From the NCBI GenBank assembly GCA_019358935.1, contig JAHHIK010000127.1, positions 1 to 22,040 on the forward strand: a DNA stretch of 22,040 nt. Direction: 5' to 3'. This document shows positions 10,006 through 18,638 of the stretch, in pieces. Within the stretch, counting starts at the first letter, position 1; every line of letters begins with the position of its first letter. The notes beneath the pieces are model-generated. The model did not search any database. It was not told the origin of the DNA and saw only the letters and a program-made list of their open reading frames with translations. Origin of the DNA: Tolypothrix carrinoi HA7290-LM1. Its GTDB lineage: Bacteria > Cyanobacteriota > Cyanobacteriia > Cyanobacteriales > Nostocaceae. Made by a program: the position numbers and the translations under genes.

Positions 10006-10410
10006 TTAACCAAAGGCAAAATTATACAGAACTACAAAGTTAAGTATCGGAATAATCATTAACAAAATTAGCCAAGGATTCTTACCAAGCTTTTTCACAA
10101 TATTCACAAAGGCGATGATGAGGAAAATCAAAGCAACAAAATTCACCAAAGGAATGAAAATTGCAATAGTCCACCAAGGTGACTGACCTCCTGCTTTGTA
10201 CATAATCCAGTTATTTAAAATCGGAATCCAAGCAAACCAAGCGTTTGGTTCTCCTAGTTTCTGATAGATTTTGTAGAAGCAGTAAGAACCGAAAATATAA
10301 GCAGCAAGCCCAAAAATAAAGCTAAAGAAACTTCCACCAGCGCTACCAGAACTTTGGTTACTCTGAGCAAGAAGATAGACGAAACTCCAATCAGAAGTTA
10401 GAAAAGCCAT
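10006..10410 (-). CDS. DUF5684-like membrane protein
   Basis: KIYQKLGEPNAWFAWIPILN and repeated IPxxN hydrophobic segments. Confidence 0.8.
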   Translation of the reverse strand: MAFLTSDWSFVYLLAQSNQSSGSAGGSFFSFIFGLAAYIFGSYCFYKIYQKLGEPNAWFAWIPILNNWIMYKAGGQSPWWTIAIFIPLVNFVALIFLIIAFVNIVKKLGKNPWLILLMIIPILNFVVLYNFAFG

Positions 10411-10527
10411 TTTTATCCTCGCAAAAATTCAAATCAATAATTTGTATCTTTCTAACTTTAGATTGACTGTTCATGTGTTAATTTAAACAAAAATTAGCTT
10501 TTGTGTAACTAAAATGATACATTTCTG

Positions 10528-10541
10528 GTAGTTTGAGCTAC
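10528..10541 (+). promoter_or_regulatory. Putative NtcA box upstream of the acetamidase gene
   Basis: GTA-GTTTGAGC-TAC matches GTA-N8-TAC about 90 bp before a nitrogen-scavenging gene. No perfect TAN3T at the canonical distance. Confidence 0.5.
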
Positions 10542-10629
10542 AAATTAACCAAATTGGATAAAAAATGAGTTGGTAGACATCAAACCCGCTATCTTAAGCA
10601 ATAATACTGAGCAAGTACGAAGCGCGGCG

Positions 10630-11595
10630 ATGACTCACCACATTTTAAAAGCCACCAAGAAAACCGTTCATTTAGGTGGTTTCTCCCAACAGCTAGAACC
10701 AGCACTGACTGTAGATTCTGGGGATACGGTTGATGTGGAAACTTACACTGGTTACTACATTTACGACAAAGCACCATCGGAATTTCTGACGCCAGAATTT
10801 ATTGACATTTGCGAAAATCTTGCCCCAGAACGCAAAGTTGGTGTGGGACCGCATTTACTCACCGGACCAATTTATGTGCGGGGTGCGGAACCTGGGGATG
10901 TTTTGGAAGTAAAATTAAAGGCAATTAAACCGAGTTTACCTGTTGGTTTTAATGCGATTCGTACAGGTTGGGGAGTTTTACCACACCAGTTTACTCAACC
11001 TGCCCTGAGATTCATTCCTCTCGATTTAGAAAATAATATCACTGAATTTCCTCCAGGTAGTAACATTAAAATTCCCCTCAAACCCTTTTTTGGTATTCTT
11101 GGTGTCGCTACTCCCGAAACATCCCGAAATTCGATTCCTCCTGGTTGTTATGGGGGTAATATCGATAACCGCGAATTGCAAATTGATTCTAGAGTATTTT
11201 TGCCTATTTTTGTGACTGGTGGATTATTTTCTATTGGTGATGGACATTCCGCACAAGGAGACGGTGAAGTTAATGTTACCGCAATTGAAACTTCGATGAA
11301 CGCTACAATAGAACTGAAACTTCGCAAAGATTTGCAATTAACAACACCCATCGCCGAAACTCCTACCGATATCATTACAATGGGGTTTGGTCAAACTTTA
11401 GATGAAGCTTTAGAATTTGCTGTAAAAAATATGATTAATTTTCTGGAACGCTTTGCAAATTTGTCGCCAGAAGATGCTTATGTATTGTGTAGTATATCTG
11501 TGAATTTCCGGATTACTCAAGTTGTGAACAGTCCCCAGAAAGGCGTTCACGGAATGCTACCAAAGTCAATATTTACAAAGCAAATTAGTTTATAA
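10630..11595 (+). CDS. Acetamidase/formamidase family protein
   Basis: HLLTGPIYVRGAEPGD, GGNID and GDGHSAQGDGE motifs; ATG 10630 preferred over TTG 10570. Confidence 0.93.
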   Translation: MTHHILKATKKTVHLGGFSQQLEPALTVDSGDTVDVETYTGYYIYDKAPSEFLTPEFIDICENLAPERKVGVGPHLLTGPIYVRGAEPGDVLEVKLKAIKPSLPVGFNAIRTGWGVLPHQFTQPALRFIPLDLENNITEFPPGSNIKIPLKPFFGILGVATPETSRNSIPPGCYGGNIDNRELQIDSRVFLPIFVTGGLFSIGDGHSAQGDGEVNVTAIETSMNATIELKLRKDLQLTTPIAETPTDIITMGFGQTLDEALEFAVKNMINFLERFANLSPEDAYVLCSISVNFRITQVVNSPQKGVHGMLPKSIFTKQISL

Positions 11596-11618
11596 TTAAC
11601 AATTTACCAACGTTTTTT

Positions 11619-11990
11619 ATGTCTAACATAATCATTCAAATGCTGCTGATTGGTTTAGTCGCTGGCGTTGCTGGCGGTATGTTTGGTATCGGTGGCGGTG
11701 CAATTATGGTGCCTGCAATGGTCTTACTAATTGGTATGGATCAGAAGTTTGCCACTGGCACTTCAGTTGCTGCTCAAATATTGCCAATCGGCATTTTAGC
11801 AGCAATTGTTTATTATCGCAACGGTAACGTCAATATTAAGTATGCTGTATTTATTGCAGCTGGTCTAATAGTTGGTAATTTATTTGGAGCGCTATTTGCC
11901 AATCAGCCGTTTATTAGCAGTGAATTGATGAAGAAGCTATACGGTATCTTTTTATTAGCGATTGGTTGTAGATATTTGTTTTTCCGATAA
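11619..11990 (+). CDS. TSUP (TauE/SafE sulfite exporter) family, half-size protein
   Basis: GMFGIGGGAIMVP and ATGTS motifs with four hydrophobic segments. Confidence 0.88.
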   Translation: MSNIIIQMLLIGLVAGVAGGMFGIGGGAIMVPAMVLLIGMDQKFATGTSVAAQILPIGILAAIVYYRNGNVNIKYAVFIAAGLIVGNLFGALFANQPFISSELMKKLYGIFLLAIGCRYLFFR

Positions 11991-12254
11991 GTGGTATTAT
12001 TACCACTTTTTTTGTAGGTAAGGTTATTTACTTTACCTACATTTTTTGAGTTGTTAGCTAGGCGATCGCTTATTTTGTAGTATAAATGTAATTTGCAAAA
12101 CTTCGTATCGCAATATAACCAAAATTTAGTATAATCGAAATCATTATTCTTCCTTCTTTTTAAGTAAGTTGCCGATCGCAGCAAACAAGCAAAATCAGGC
12201 AAATAGATGATTGTATATTTCTGTTGCTACTACCAATAAAAAATCTTTTTCAAT

Positions 12255-13394
12255 ATGGATCGTCGTAACTTTCTCAAGTATGCCACTTTATCAGGGGCTG
12301 GCTTTACCTTTGCTGGCTGTACCGCGAGAAAATCCAATCAACAAAGTGAAGTGTCTGCTACAGCCTCGCCTTTAGCAGCAAATGAACCTCTCAAGGTAGG
12401 ATTTATATATGTTGGACCTGTAAACGATTTTGGCTGGACTTATGCCCATGATTTAGGTCGTAGAGAATTGCAGGCTAATTTACAGGAGAAAGTGAAAACT
12501 ACCTTTGTAGAAAATGTCAGCGAAGGTGCTGATGCTGAAAGGGTAATTCGTCAACTAGCTTTAGACGGCAACAAGTTGATTTTTACAACTTCTTTTGGCT
12601 TCATGAACCCGACAATCAAAGTCGCAAAAGACTTTCCGAAAGTTTTCTTTGAACATTGTACTGGATACAAACGCGCTGTTAATGTCGGCACTTATTTAGG
12701 ACGTTTTGAAGAACCACGATATTTAACTGGAATGATTGCCGGCAAGATGACAAAATCTAATATCATCGGTTTTGTCGGTGCATATCCAATTCCCGAAGTA
12801 ATTCGTGGGATTGGTGCTTTCACTCAGGGAGTGCGGGCAACAAATCCCAAAGCACAAGTTAGAGTAATTTGGGTACAAAGTTGGTTTGAACCGACGAAAG
12901 AAAGAGAAGCAGCGCAAGCTTTGGTAAATTTGGGTGCGGATGTTTTGTCACAGCATACTGACTCGGCTGCTGCAATTCAATTAGCAGAAGAAAAGGGTAT
13001 TTTTGCTTTTGGTTACAATACTGATATGAGTAAGTTTGGAACTAAAGCGCATTTAACGTCAGCAATTAATAAGTGGGGCAAGTTTTATACTGATAAAGCT
13101 TTGTCTGTGATTAATGGAACTTGGAAATCTCAAGATGTTTGGGATGGTATTAGTCAAGAAATGGTAGATATTTCGCCGATGAATCAAGTGATTCCTTTCG
13201 ATGTTCAGCAATTGGTGAATGCAAAGCGCGATGAGTTTATTAAAGGTGCGGCACATCCTTTTGATGGTCCGGTGAAAGACCAACAAGGTGTGGTGCGAGT
13301 TCCACAGGGTAAGGTGTTGGATGATAAGGGACAATTGGCTATGGATTGGTATGTTGAAGGTGTTGAGGGGACGCTGACGAAGCAGAAGTCTTAA
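12255..13394 (+). CDS. BMP-family ABC substrate-binding lipoprotein (purine/nucleoside-like), Tat signal
   Basis: DRRNFLK twin-arginine, FAGC lipobox, DFGWTYAH, TTSFGF and QHTDS. Confidence 0.93.
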   Translation: MDRRNFLKYATLSGAGFTFAGCTARKSNQQSEVSATASPLAANEPLKVGFIYVGPVNDFGWTYAHDLGRRELQANLQEKVKTTFVENVSEGADAERVIRQLALDGNKLIFTTSFGFMNPTIKVAKDFPKVFFEHCTGYKRAVNVGTYLGRFEEPRYLTGMIAGKMTKSNIIGFVGAYPIPEVIRGIGAFTQGVRATNPKAQVRVIWVQSWFEPTKEREAAQALVNLGADVLSQHTDSAAAIQLAEEKGIFAFGYNTDMSKFGTKAHLTSAINKWGKFYTDKALSVINGTWKSQDVWDGISQEMVDISPMNQVIPFDVQQLVNAKRDEFIKGAAHPFDGPVKDQQGVVRVPQGKVLDDKGQLAMDWYVEGVEGTLTKQKS

Positions 13395-13462
13395 TATCAT
13401 TTTGGATGCTCTTAACCAATAATTAAAATGATAGTCTCAAATTACGAGAATATTTTTGTTGT

Positions 13463-13780
13463 GTGGAAGAACAAATACGATGCTTTGTAATTAGCCGCAA
13501 AATTCTGCGGCAATTTTGTGAAGCACACGCAGATGCTTGTGATGCGCTTTACGATTGGTATAAAGTCGCTACTAAAGCAGAATGGAAAAATCTTGTTGAT
13601 CAACTAGCAATTTACATAAAAGCTGAAGCGGTTGGCAACTTCACTGTTTTTAATATAAAAGGAAACCACTACCGTTTAATTGTCGATATTGTTTACTCAA
13701 GCCAGAGAATCTATATCAAATACGTTCTGACTCATGCTGAATACGATAAGGATAAATGGAAAGATGACCCGTACTTTTAA
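13463..13780 (+). CDS. higB: HigB-family toxin (start region irregular)
   Basis: VISRKILRQF, VFNIKGNHYRLI and THAEYDK motifs. Confidence 0.85.
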   Translation: MEEQIRCFVISRKILRQFCEAHADACDALYDWYKVATKAEWKNLVDQLAIYIKAEAVGNFTVFNIKGNHYRLIVDIVYSSQRIYIKYVLTHAEYDKDKWKDDPYF

Positions 13781-14162
13781 TCCTGAATTTTATGGTCAAT
13801 TACTAGCCAAGTATCAGCCCAAAACAATTACCACAGAAGAAGAGAACGAGCAAGCGATCGCTCTCGCTCAAGATTTAGAACATCGTCCTAATCGAACCCC
13901 GGAAGAGGAAACGCTTTTAGAACTTTTGGTAACACTAATCGAAAAGTTTGAAGAAACTCATTACCCAATCCCTCAAGGTACACCCCATTCGATGCTACTA
14001 CACTTGATGGAAGCGCGGGATATTGATCCAAAAGCATTAGTTGGGGTAATTGGCTCATTGGAAACTGTTTTTGAAATCATTAATGGCGAAAAAAATATTA
14101 GTAAATCTCAAGCAAAAGCGCTTGCTGAATTATTTAAAGTCAATGAAAATTTGTTTATATAG
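13764..14162 (+). CDS. higA: HigA-family antitoxin (HTH)
   Basis: LELLVTLIEKFE and LLHLMEAR...EIINGEKNISKSQAKALAELF; overlaps the higB stop. Confidence 0.88.
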   Translation: MTRTFNPEFYGQLLAKYQPKTITTEEENEQAIALAQDLEHRPNRTPEEETLLELLVTLIEKFEETHYPIPQGTPHSMLLHLMEARDIDPKALVGVIGSLETVFEIINGEKNISKSQAKALAELFKVNENLFI

Positions 14163-14241
14163 CTAAATAAAACTACCCAAATGTCCAAACAGTCAAGATA
14201 CGCACAATTTTGTGCTTATGTATTATTTTTTGAAAAAATAA

Positions 14242-14713
14242 ATGAATGAGTTGGTTCCTAAGTTACAAGTAATAAATGTTAGTAAGTCCTATGCTAATTA
14301 TTTGGCAAATAATCGAGTAAAAATGACGATTCAGCGGGGTGAAATTCATGCTTTGTTGGGACAAAATGGAGCGGGTAAAAGTACTTTGATGAAGATGATT
14401 TACGGGTTGGTGCGTCCGGATGCTGGAGAGATTTTTTGGGAGGGGGAAAAAGTTAATTTTAATAGTCCAGCACAGGCAAGAATGCTTGGTGTGGGTATGG
14501 TGTTTCAGCACTTTTCTTTGTTTGAAAGTTTGACTGTTACGGAAAATATTGCTTTGGCACTTCCGAAGGGTGATTTCTGAAGATTTGGATGAGTTGTTTG
14601 TTTTATGCGATCGCCTGGGTGTAATCTACAAAGGACAGCTTTCTCCCCTAAAGTCCATACAAGAGACTAACCGAGATGAAATCGGGCAATTAATGGGGGG
14701 AATTGGCGCATGA
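14242..14713 (+). pseudogene. Nucleoside/sugar ABC ATPase with large internal deletion
   Basis: N-terminus GQNGAGKST and VFQHF. From about 14570, in another frame, comes the family C-terminus VISEDLDELFVLCDRLGVIYKG...EIGQLMGGIGA* ending at 14713. Confidence 0.9.
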
Positions 14714-14748
14714 TACCTTGAGAAAGTAATTCCCATAAAGATGATATT

Positions 14749-15045
14749 TTATCCTTCAGGTGTCCATTTTCGACTACATTTTAATAAATCGCCTTCGACT
14801 TTGTAATCACATTTTTCCAAAAAGGTTTGTCCTAAAAGACCTGTTGTTCTTTCTGGTGCGATCGCTACCAATACATTATCCACTTTTGCCCCACCAACTT
14901 CTACCGAATTAACAAAACCGACACCCCATTCTACTGTTTGGTTATTTGCCACTGTGAATGGTATTTTATCTATTACTTGCACTTTCAATGCATTTGCCAT
15001 CTTTTGGGTAATAACGGTAGCGCCAGCGCCGGTATCCAAAATCAT
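14749..15045 (-). pseudogene. Retropepsin-like aspartyl protease C-terminal fragment
   Basis: ILDTGA catalytic motif and GLLGQTFL. The 5' side abuts permease sequence on the opposite strand with no promoter or N-terminus. Confidence 0.75.
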
Positions 15046-15676
15046 CGGTGCGAATCAAGTCGCTACCGGTTTAGCCCTGACTATTTTTGCTTCGGGACTC
15101 AGTGCTTTTGTCGGTGCTGACTATGTAGGCAAAACAATCACCGGACTGCAACAAATGAACAAATCAATACCTCTATTGAACCAGGATATTGTAGTATATT
15201 TATCAATCATCTTGGTGATTTTAGTATCATGGTTTTTGCGAAAAACACGGTCAGGGTTGGTGCTGCGAAGTGTGGGTGAATCTCCAGAAGCAGCGGATGC
15301 TTTGGGTTTGCCTGTTGTCAGAGTGCGCTATTTTGCGGTAATGTTTGGTGGAGCGATGGCTTTCTTTAGCGCATTTGTTATCTCTCGCTTGCGTATACGC
15401 CGCTGTGGGCGGAAAATATGACAGCAGGACGAGGATGGATTGCGATCGCTCTCGTAGTTTTTGCCACCTGGAAACCGATTAAAATTCTCTTGGGTGCTTA
15501 CTTATTTGGCGGCGTAAGTGCGATACAGTTGATTGTGCAAGGACTGGGATTTGATATTTCTCCTTATCTTTTATCTGCGTTGCCCTACTTAGCTACTATC
15601 GTGGTATTGGTGATTATCTCACGCGATGCCACGCGCATTCAACTAGTAGCACCCGCATCTTTGGGTGAACCTTTTC
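15046..15676 (+). pseudogene. ABC nucleoside permease, 5'-truncated, frameshifted near 15380 and interrupted at its 3' end by the element
   Basis: ANQVATGLAL, GLVLRSVGESPEAADALG, AYTPLWAENMTAGRGWIAIALV and APASLGEPF. Confidence 0.9.
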
Positions 15677-16878
15677 ACTCTAGATAAATCGTTTTGACTA
15701 ACTCTTTAAATAGTAGCTTTGCAGCTTTGGCGCTAATACGCGATCGCACTAATCGAATCGGACGCCCCGCCGCTTTTTCAGCATCCAACTGAGAACCCAG
15801 CGCTGCACCAATCTCATTATCAAGACGGCAGCGCTTAACCTCGATGCGGGTGAAAACCCATTGCCAGAAAGCAATACGGCACAAATCAGAACCACCGACA
15901 ATTTTAATTTTACTTTTGTCACCGCTTGCTTCTAGGGACGGTGCAAGCCCTAGAGACTTCTGAAATCGGCGTAACGAAAGGTAGCGTTTAGTTGGCTTTC
16001 CAGACTTTCGACCCTTGCTAATTCTTACCTCTGGCTTACCGTCAGCACCAAAGTAATTTTCCAAGGGGTAAATTTGACTGAGGATAATTGCCTCTAATCG
16101 CAACCCGAAACCAAAGGTTTTAAATACCTGGCGATAAGCCGTAAATTTCGGAGCGGTCAAAAGCTGCTGTAGTTCGACCTCAATACTGTGTTCTTCTCGC
16201 TGTAAGTCACATAAACGTCTTGCGTGATGCCGAACTGTTTCAGTAATGTCCAATCCAGCAGAGCGATCTAATATCGCGTCGTATCGTTTGATGAATGCGT
16301 TCCCCACACAACCACCCCCACAATAAGGGCACGTCACCATCAATTGCCCGTCGAGAATTTACGTGTGCGACTTCTGGGAATTGCCAAGCTAAGTCTTGAC
16401 GCAAACGATTGATAATTGGCGATTGCACCCGGTTGAGGTGAGCAAGTCGCAACACCAATTCTCTAATGCGGGTTGTGGTGAAATCGCGAATTTGTACAAA
16501 GCGCCTGGGGGAATCGAAATAGTCAAAGTAGTAACAGGCGAGTGCTAGTGCGTCGGCATCGTCATCTTTGTCGGGCAGACTTAATTGGTGTTCCCGGTAA
16601 TTTCTCAACTCTTTGTGTCCCACAAGTCTGACCTCGACCCCGGTACGAGCCAAGTGTGTTCCCCAAAGTTTTGAGTAATTTACACCAGTCGGCTCCATGA
16701 GTGCAATATCAGGATGCAGCGCCAGCAGTGCTTTTATTCCCTCGCTGTTGGCGCTAAACGACATGAACGGACATTCATAGTAAAATTGACGAGGATCGCT
16801 TGGCTTGCTTTCGAGCAAGCACGCTCTAACTGAGGACTTGCTAATATCAAGCCCCAAAATTCTTTTATTCTCTTGCAT
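15675..16878 (-). pseudogene. IS110-family DEDD (bridge) recombinase, about 400 aa, split by one frameshift near 16295
   Basis: LGLDISK, MEPTG and KDDDADA in the RuvC-like domain; GLAPSLEASG serine loop in the C-terminal domain. The two ORFs join at WLCGER / KRYD. Confidence 0.88.
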
Positions 16879-16909
16879 TGGGTGTGGTTGTTGGTTATTA
16901 ACCCCGTAT

Positions 16910-17112
16910 AAAAAGCCTGCGAATCACCCAAAAGCACGTAGCCTAACTCACTCTTAAGGCTGCGTCAAAACGGGAACCTTGACGCTACGAGGCAAGCTGT
17001 AGAAAGTGCAGTAACCGAGCTTGTGAAAAGGTAAAAGCAGTAATGCTTGATTCGTCCTGAAAGCCCTAAATTACTGCACTACTTACAGGCGAATGATTTG
17101 GACTCGATCCGC
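16910..17112 (-). ncRNA. Putative IS110 bridge RNA
   Basis: A 10-bp stem AGUGCAGUAA/UUACUGCACU encloses an internal loop with UCAGGACGAA and ACCUUUUCAC, the latter matching junction 15669-15678. A second domain holds AGAGUGA matching the element end. Outer stem GCCUGU/GCAGGC is followed by a U-tract. Confidence 0.8.
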
Positions 17113-17163
17113 GACTCCCAATATGGGAGTTTCGCCAGTTTTTTAGTCCGGCTCGTCAGGCGG
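17109..17163 (-). ncRNA. Type I hammerhead ribozyme
   Basis: CCGC-CUGACGA-GCCGG(ACUAAAAAA)CUGGC-GAAA-CUCCCA(UAU)UGGGAG-UC^GCGG. The full conserved core and three stems are present, with predicted cleavage between 17113 and 17112. Confidence 0.92.
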
Positions 17164-17164
17164 T

Positions 17165-17356
17165 TTACCTAAATTGCTCGTGAAGTATCGCCTCGGCATC
17201 TCTTACAAAGCCTTGCGCTTTTTGATAAAGTTCTGAGTTTGGGAACTCTTCTAAACTTACAATTTCTAAAGCCTTATCAATTAAAGCTTTGGAATGCTGA
17301 CAAGAGTGCCAAATAAGATAAAAATCCCAACGCGGGATCTGAGTGTAGATCGTCAT
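17165..17356 (-). CDS. Hypothetical protein (63 aa)
   Basis: ATG directly follows the upstream stop; last ORF before the ribozyme. Confidence 0.7.
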   Translation of the reverse strand: MTIYTQIPRWDFYLIWHSCQHSKALIDKALEIVSLEEFPNSELYQKAQGFVRDAEAILHEQFR

Positions 17357-17581
17357 TCATAGCTGTTGGCTAATTTGTGCATAGGCGTTAATCATGTCTT
17401 CACGTTGTTTTGGAGTCATTTGTTTAAATTGTTCATCTGCTCTATCAGATAAATACTGCATCCAATAATCTAGAGTTTGACTGCTGTTATGTGCGATTAA
17501 TTGACAGGCAATTCCGGTGAGCAAGGAATTAGTCAGAAACTCTTCCTTGTCCATTACGATTTCATCGTTTTCTATTCGCAT
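17357..17581 (-). CDS. Hypothetical protein (74 aa)
   Basis: TAATG coupling with the upstream ORF. Confidence 0.7.
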   Translation of the reverse strand: MRIENDEIVMDKEEFLTNSLLTGIACQLIAHNSSQTLDYWMQYLSDRADEQFKQMTPKQREDMINAYAQISQQL

Positions 17582-17772
17582 TAAAATCCCTCTGGAACGT
17601 CATCATCTTTGATTACGGGCGGGTAAAGTTGCGCCCAGACAAAGGCTTTCAGTTCCTCTCCAGCCAGGTGAGGGTCTTCCCCTTCGCTAATAATGGCGAT
17701 CGCTTCAAAAGTTTCGCTCTGATAATTCCCCAGGTTTTTTACTCGCTTGTAAGTGATAGTTTCGATTTTCAT
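17581..17772 (-). CDS. Small phage-like hypothetical protein (MKIETITYKRVKNLGNYQSE...)
   Basis: The NLGNYxS motif and acidic DDDVPxxF tail resemble small phage early proteins; start set at ATG 17772. Confidence 0.7.
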   Translation of the reverse strand: MKIETITYKRVKNLGNYQSETFEAIAIISEGEDPHLAGEELKAFVWAQLYPPVIKDDDVPEGF

Positions 17773-17847
17773 GGTGGTGATAAAATACACTTGTCTGAAT
17801 TGTCAAAGGCGATCGCACTCTCACACAAGGGCGCGATCGCACTTAAA

Positions 17848-18384
17848 TTACCATCCCTGTTTTTCTCCTTCCTGCAACAGCTGTTGCAATACCTGTTTAC
17901 CCCTCTCCCAGTTCCTTCCTCCCAGTCCTAAAACCGACTCAATAATGTAAGTCTCGGACTTCCCAACTTCCATCAAACTTTTCACAGCAATATATAGCTG
18001 TTTTTGGGAAGTGTCAGTGGAAGTTTCAACCGGATGCTCGGCTGATGGCTCTTGCACCAAGTGTTCTAGGGATTTTTCTAGTTCCTGCCTAACTTCCGGG
18101 CTGTAAGTGGGCGTAACTAAGTACATTTCTTTTAATGCCTGCTCTTGCGAGTAAGCCTGCAACGACAAATCAACTACCTCCATCTCCTGATTCATTGCAG
18201 CCATTGCACCGCGACGCGCTTCTTGCAACACCAATTGACGACTATAACGCACTGACTCAATTGATGTTGCAATTGCCACAACATGAGCCACACCTTTACC
18301 AAACTTTCCTATTGGGGCAAGTGCAACCAGCCAAGCAACGGCGGCAGTGGCAAGTAAACTATTTGCTCTTATCCAAGTAACCAT
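17848..18384 (-). CDS. Hypothetical membrane-anchored coiled-coil protein
   Basis: N-terminal hydrophobic segments and helical C-terminus; overlaps the upstream gene. Confidence 0.75.
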   Translation of the reverse strand: MVTWIRANSLLATAAVAWLVALAPIGKFGKGVAHVVAIATSIESVRYSRQLVLQEARRGAMAAMNQEMEVVDLSLQAYSQEQALKEMYLVTPTYSPEVRQELEKSLEHLVQEPSAEHPVETSTDTSQKQLYIAVKSLMEVGKSETYIIESVLGLGGRNWERGKQVLQQLLQEGEKQGW

Positions 18385-18638
18385 TGCAATACCCCTCCAG
18401 TTATCAAGGCTATTTTGATGGCGATTAACAATCCGTAATAGTCCTGTTGTTTGAGTTTGAGGTAGCCAGCAATGGCATCGTCAGCTAACCAAGCCATTGC
18501 TGTTAAGGCAAATAAAACAATTTGGATTGCAATTGAGGAATAGCGCAATGCAGGATGCAATGAACCAACCCACACGATCGCGCTCTCAGTGATGCACCCC
18601 AACAAAAACCAGCAAGCCAGATGCATCACCTTGACCAT
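18369..18638 (-). CDS. Small hydrophobic membrane protein (about 3 TM)
   Basis: Three hydrophobic stretches; stop/start coupling at 18638. Confidence 0.72.
   Translation of the reverse strand: MVKVMHLACWFLLGCITESAIVWVGSLHPALRYSSIAIQIVLFALTAMAWLADDAIAGYLKLKQQDYYGLLIAIKIALITGGVLQWLLG

Noticed and set aside
14954..15045. N-terminus of the 155-aa permease ORF
   Set aside because: It is the antisense strand of the protease fragment, a chimera across the junction.
16734..16937. 67-aa ORF overlapping the recombinase start
   Set aside because: Out-of-frame overlap with the recombinase and the bridge RNA 3' end; no coding features.
17114..17152. Hairpins read as a simple terminator after ORF 17165-17356
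   Set aside because: No U-tract on the minus strand; the hairpins are joined by the exact CUGANGA, GAAA and UC hammerhead core.
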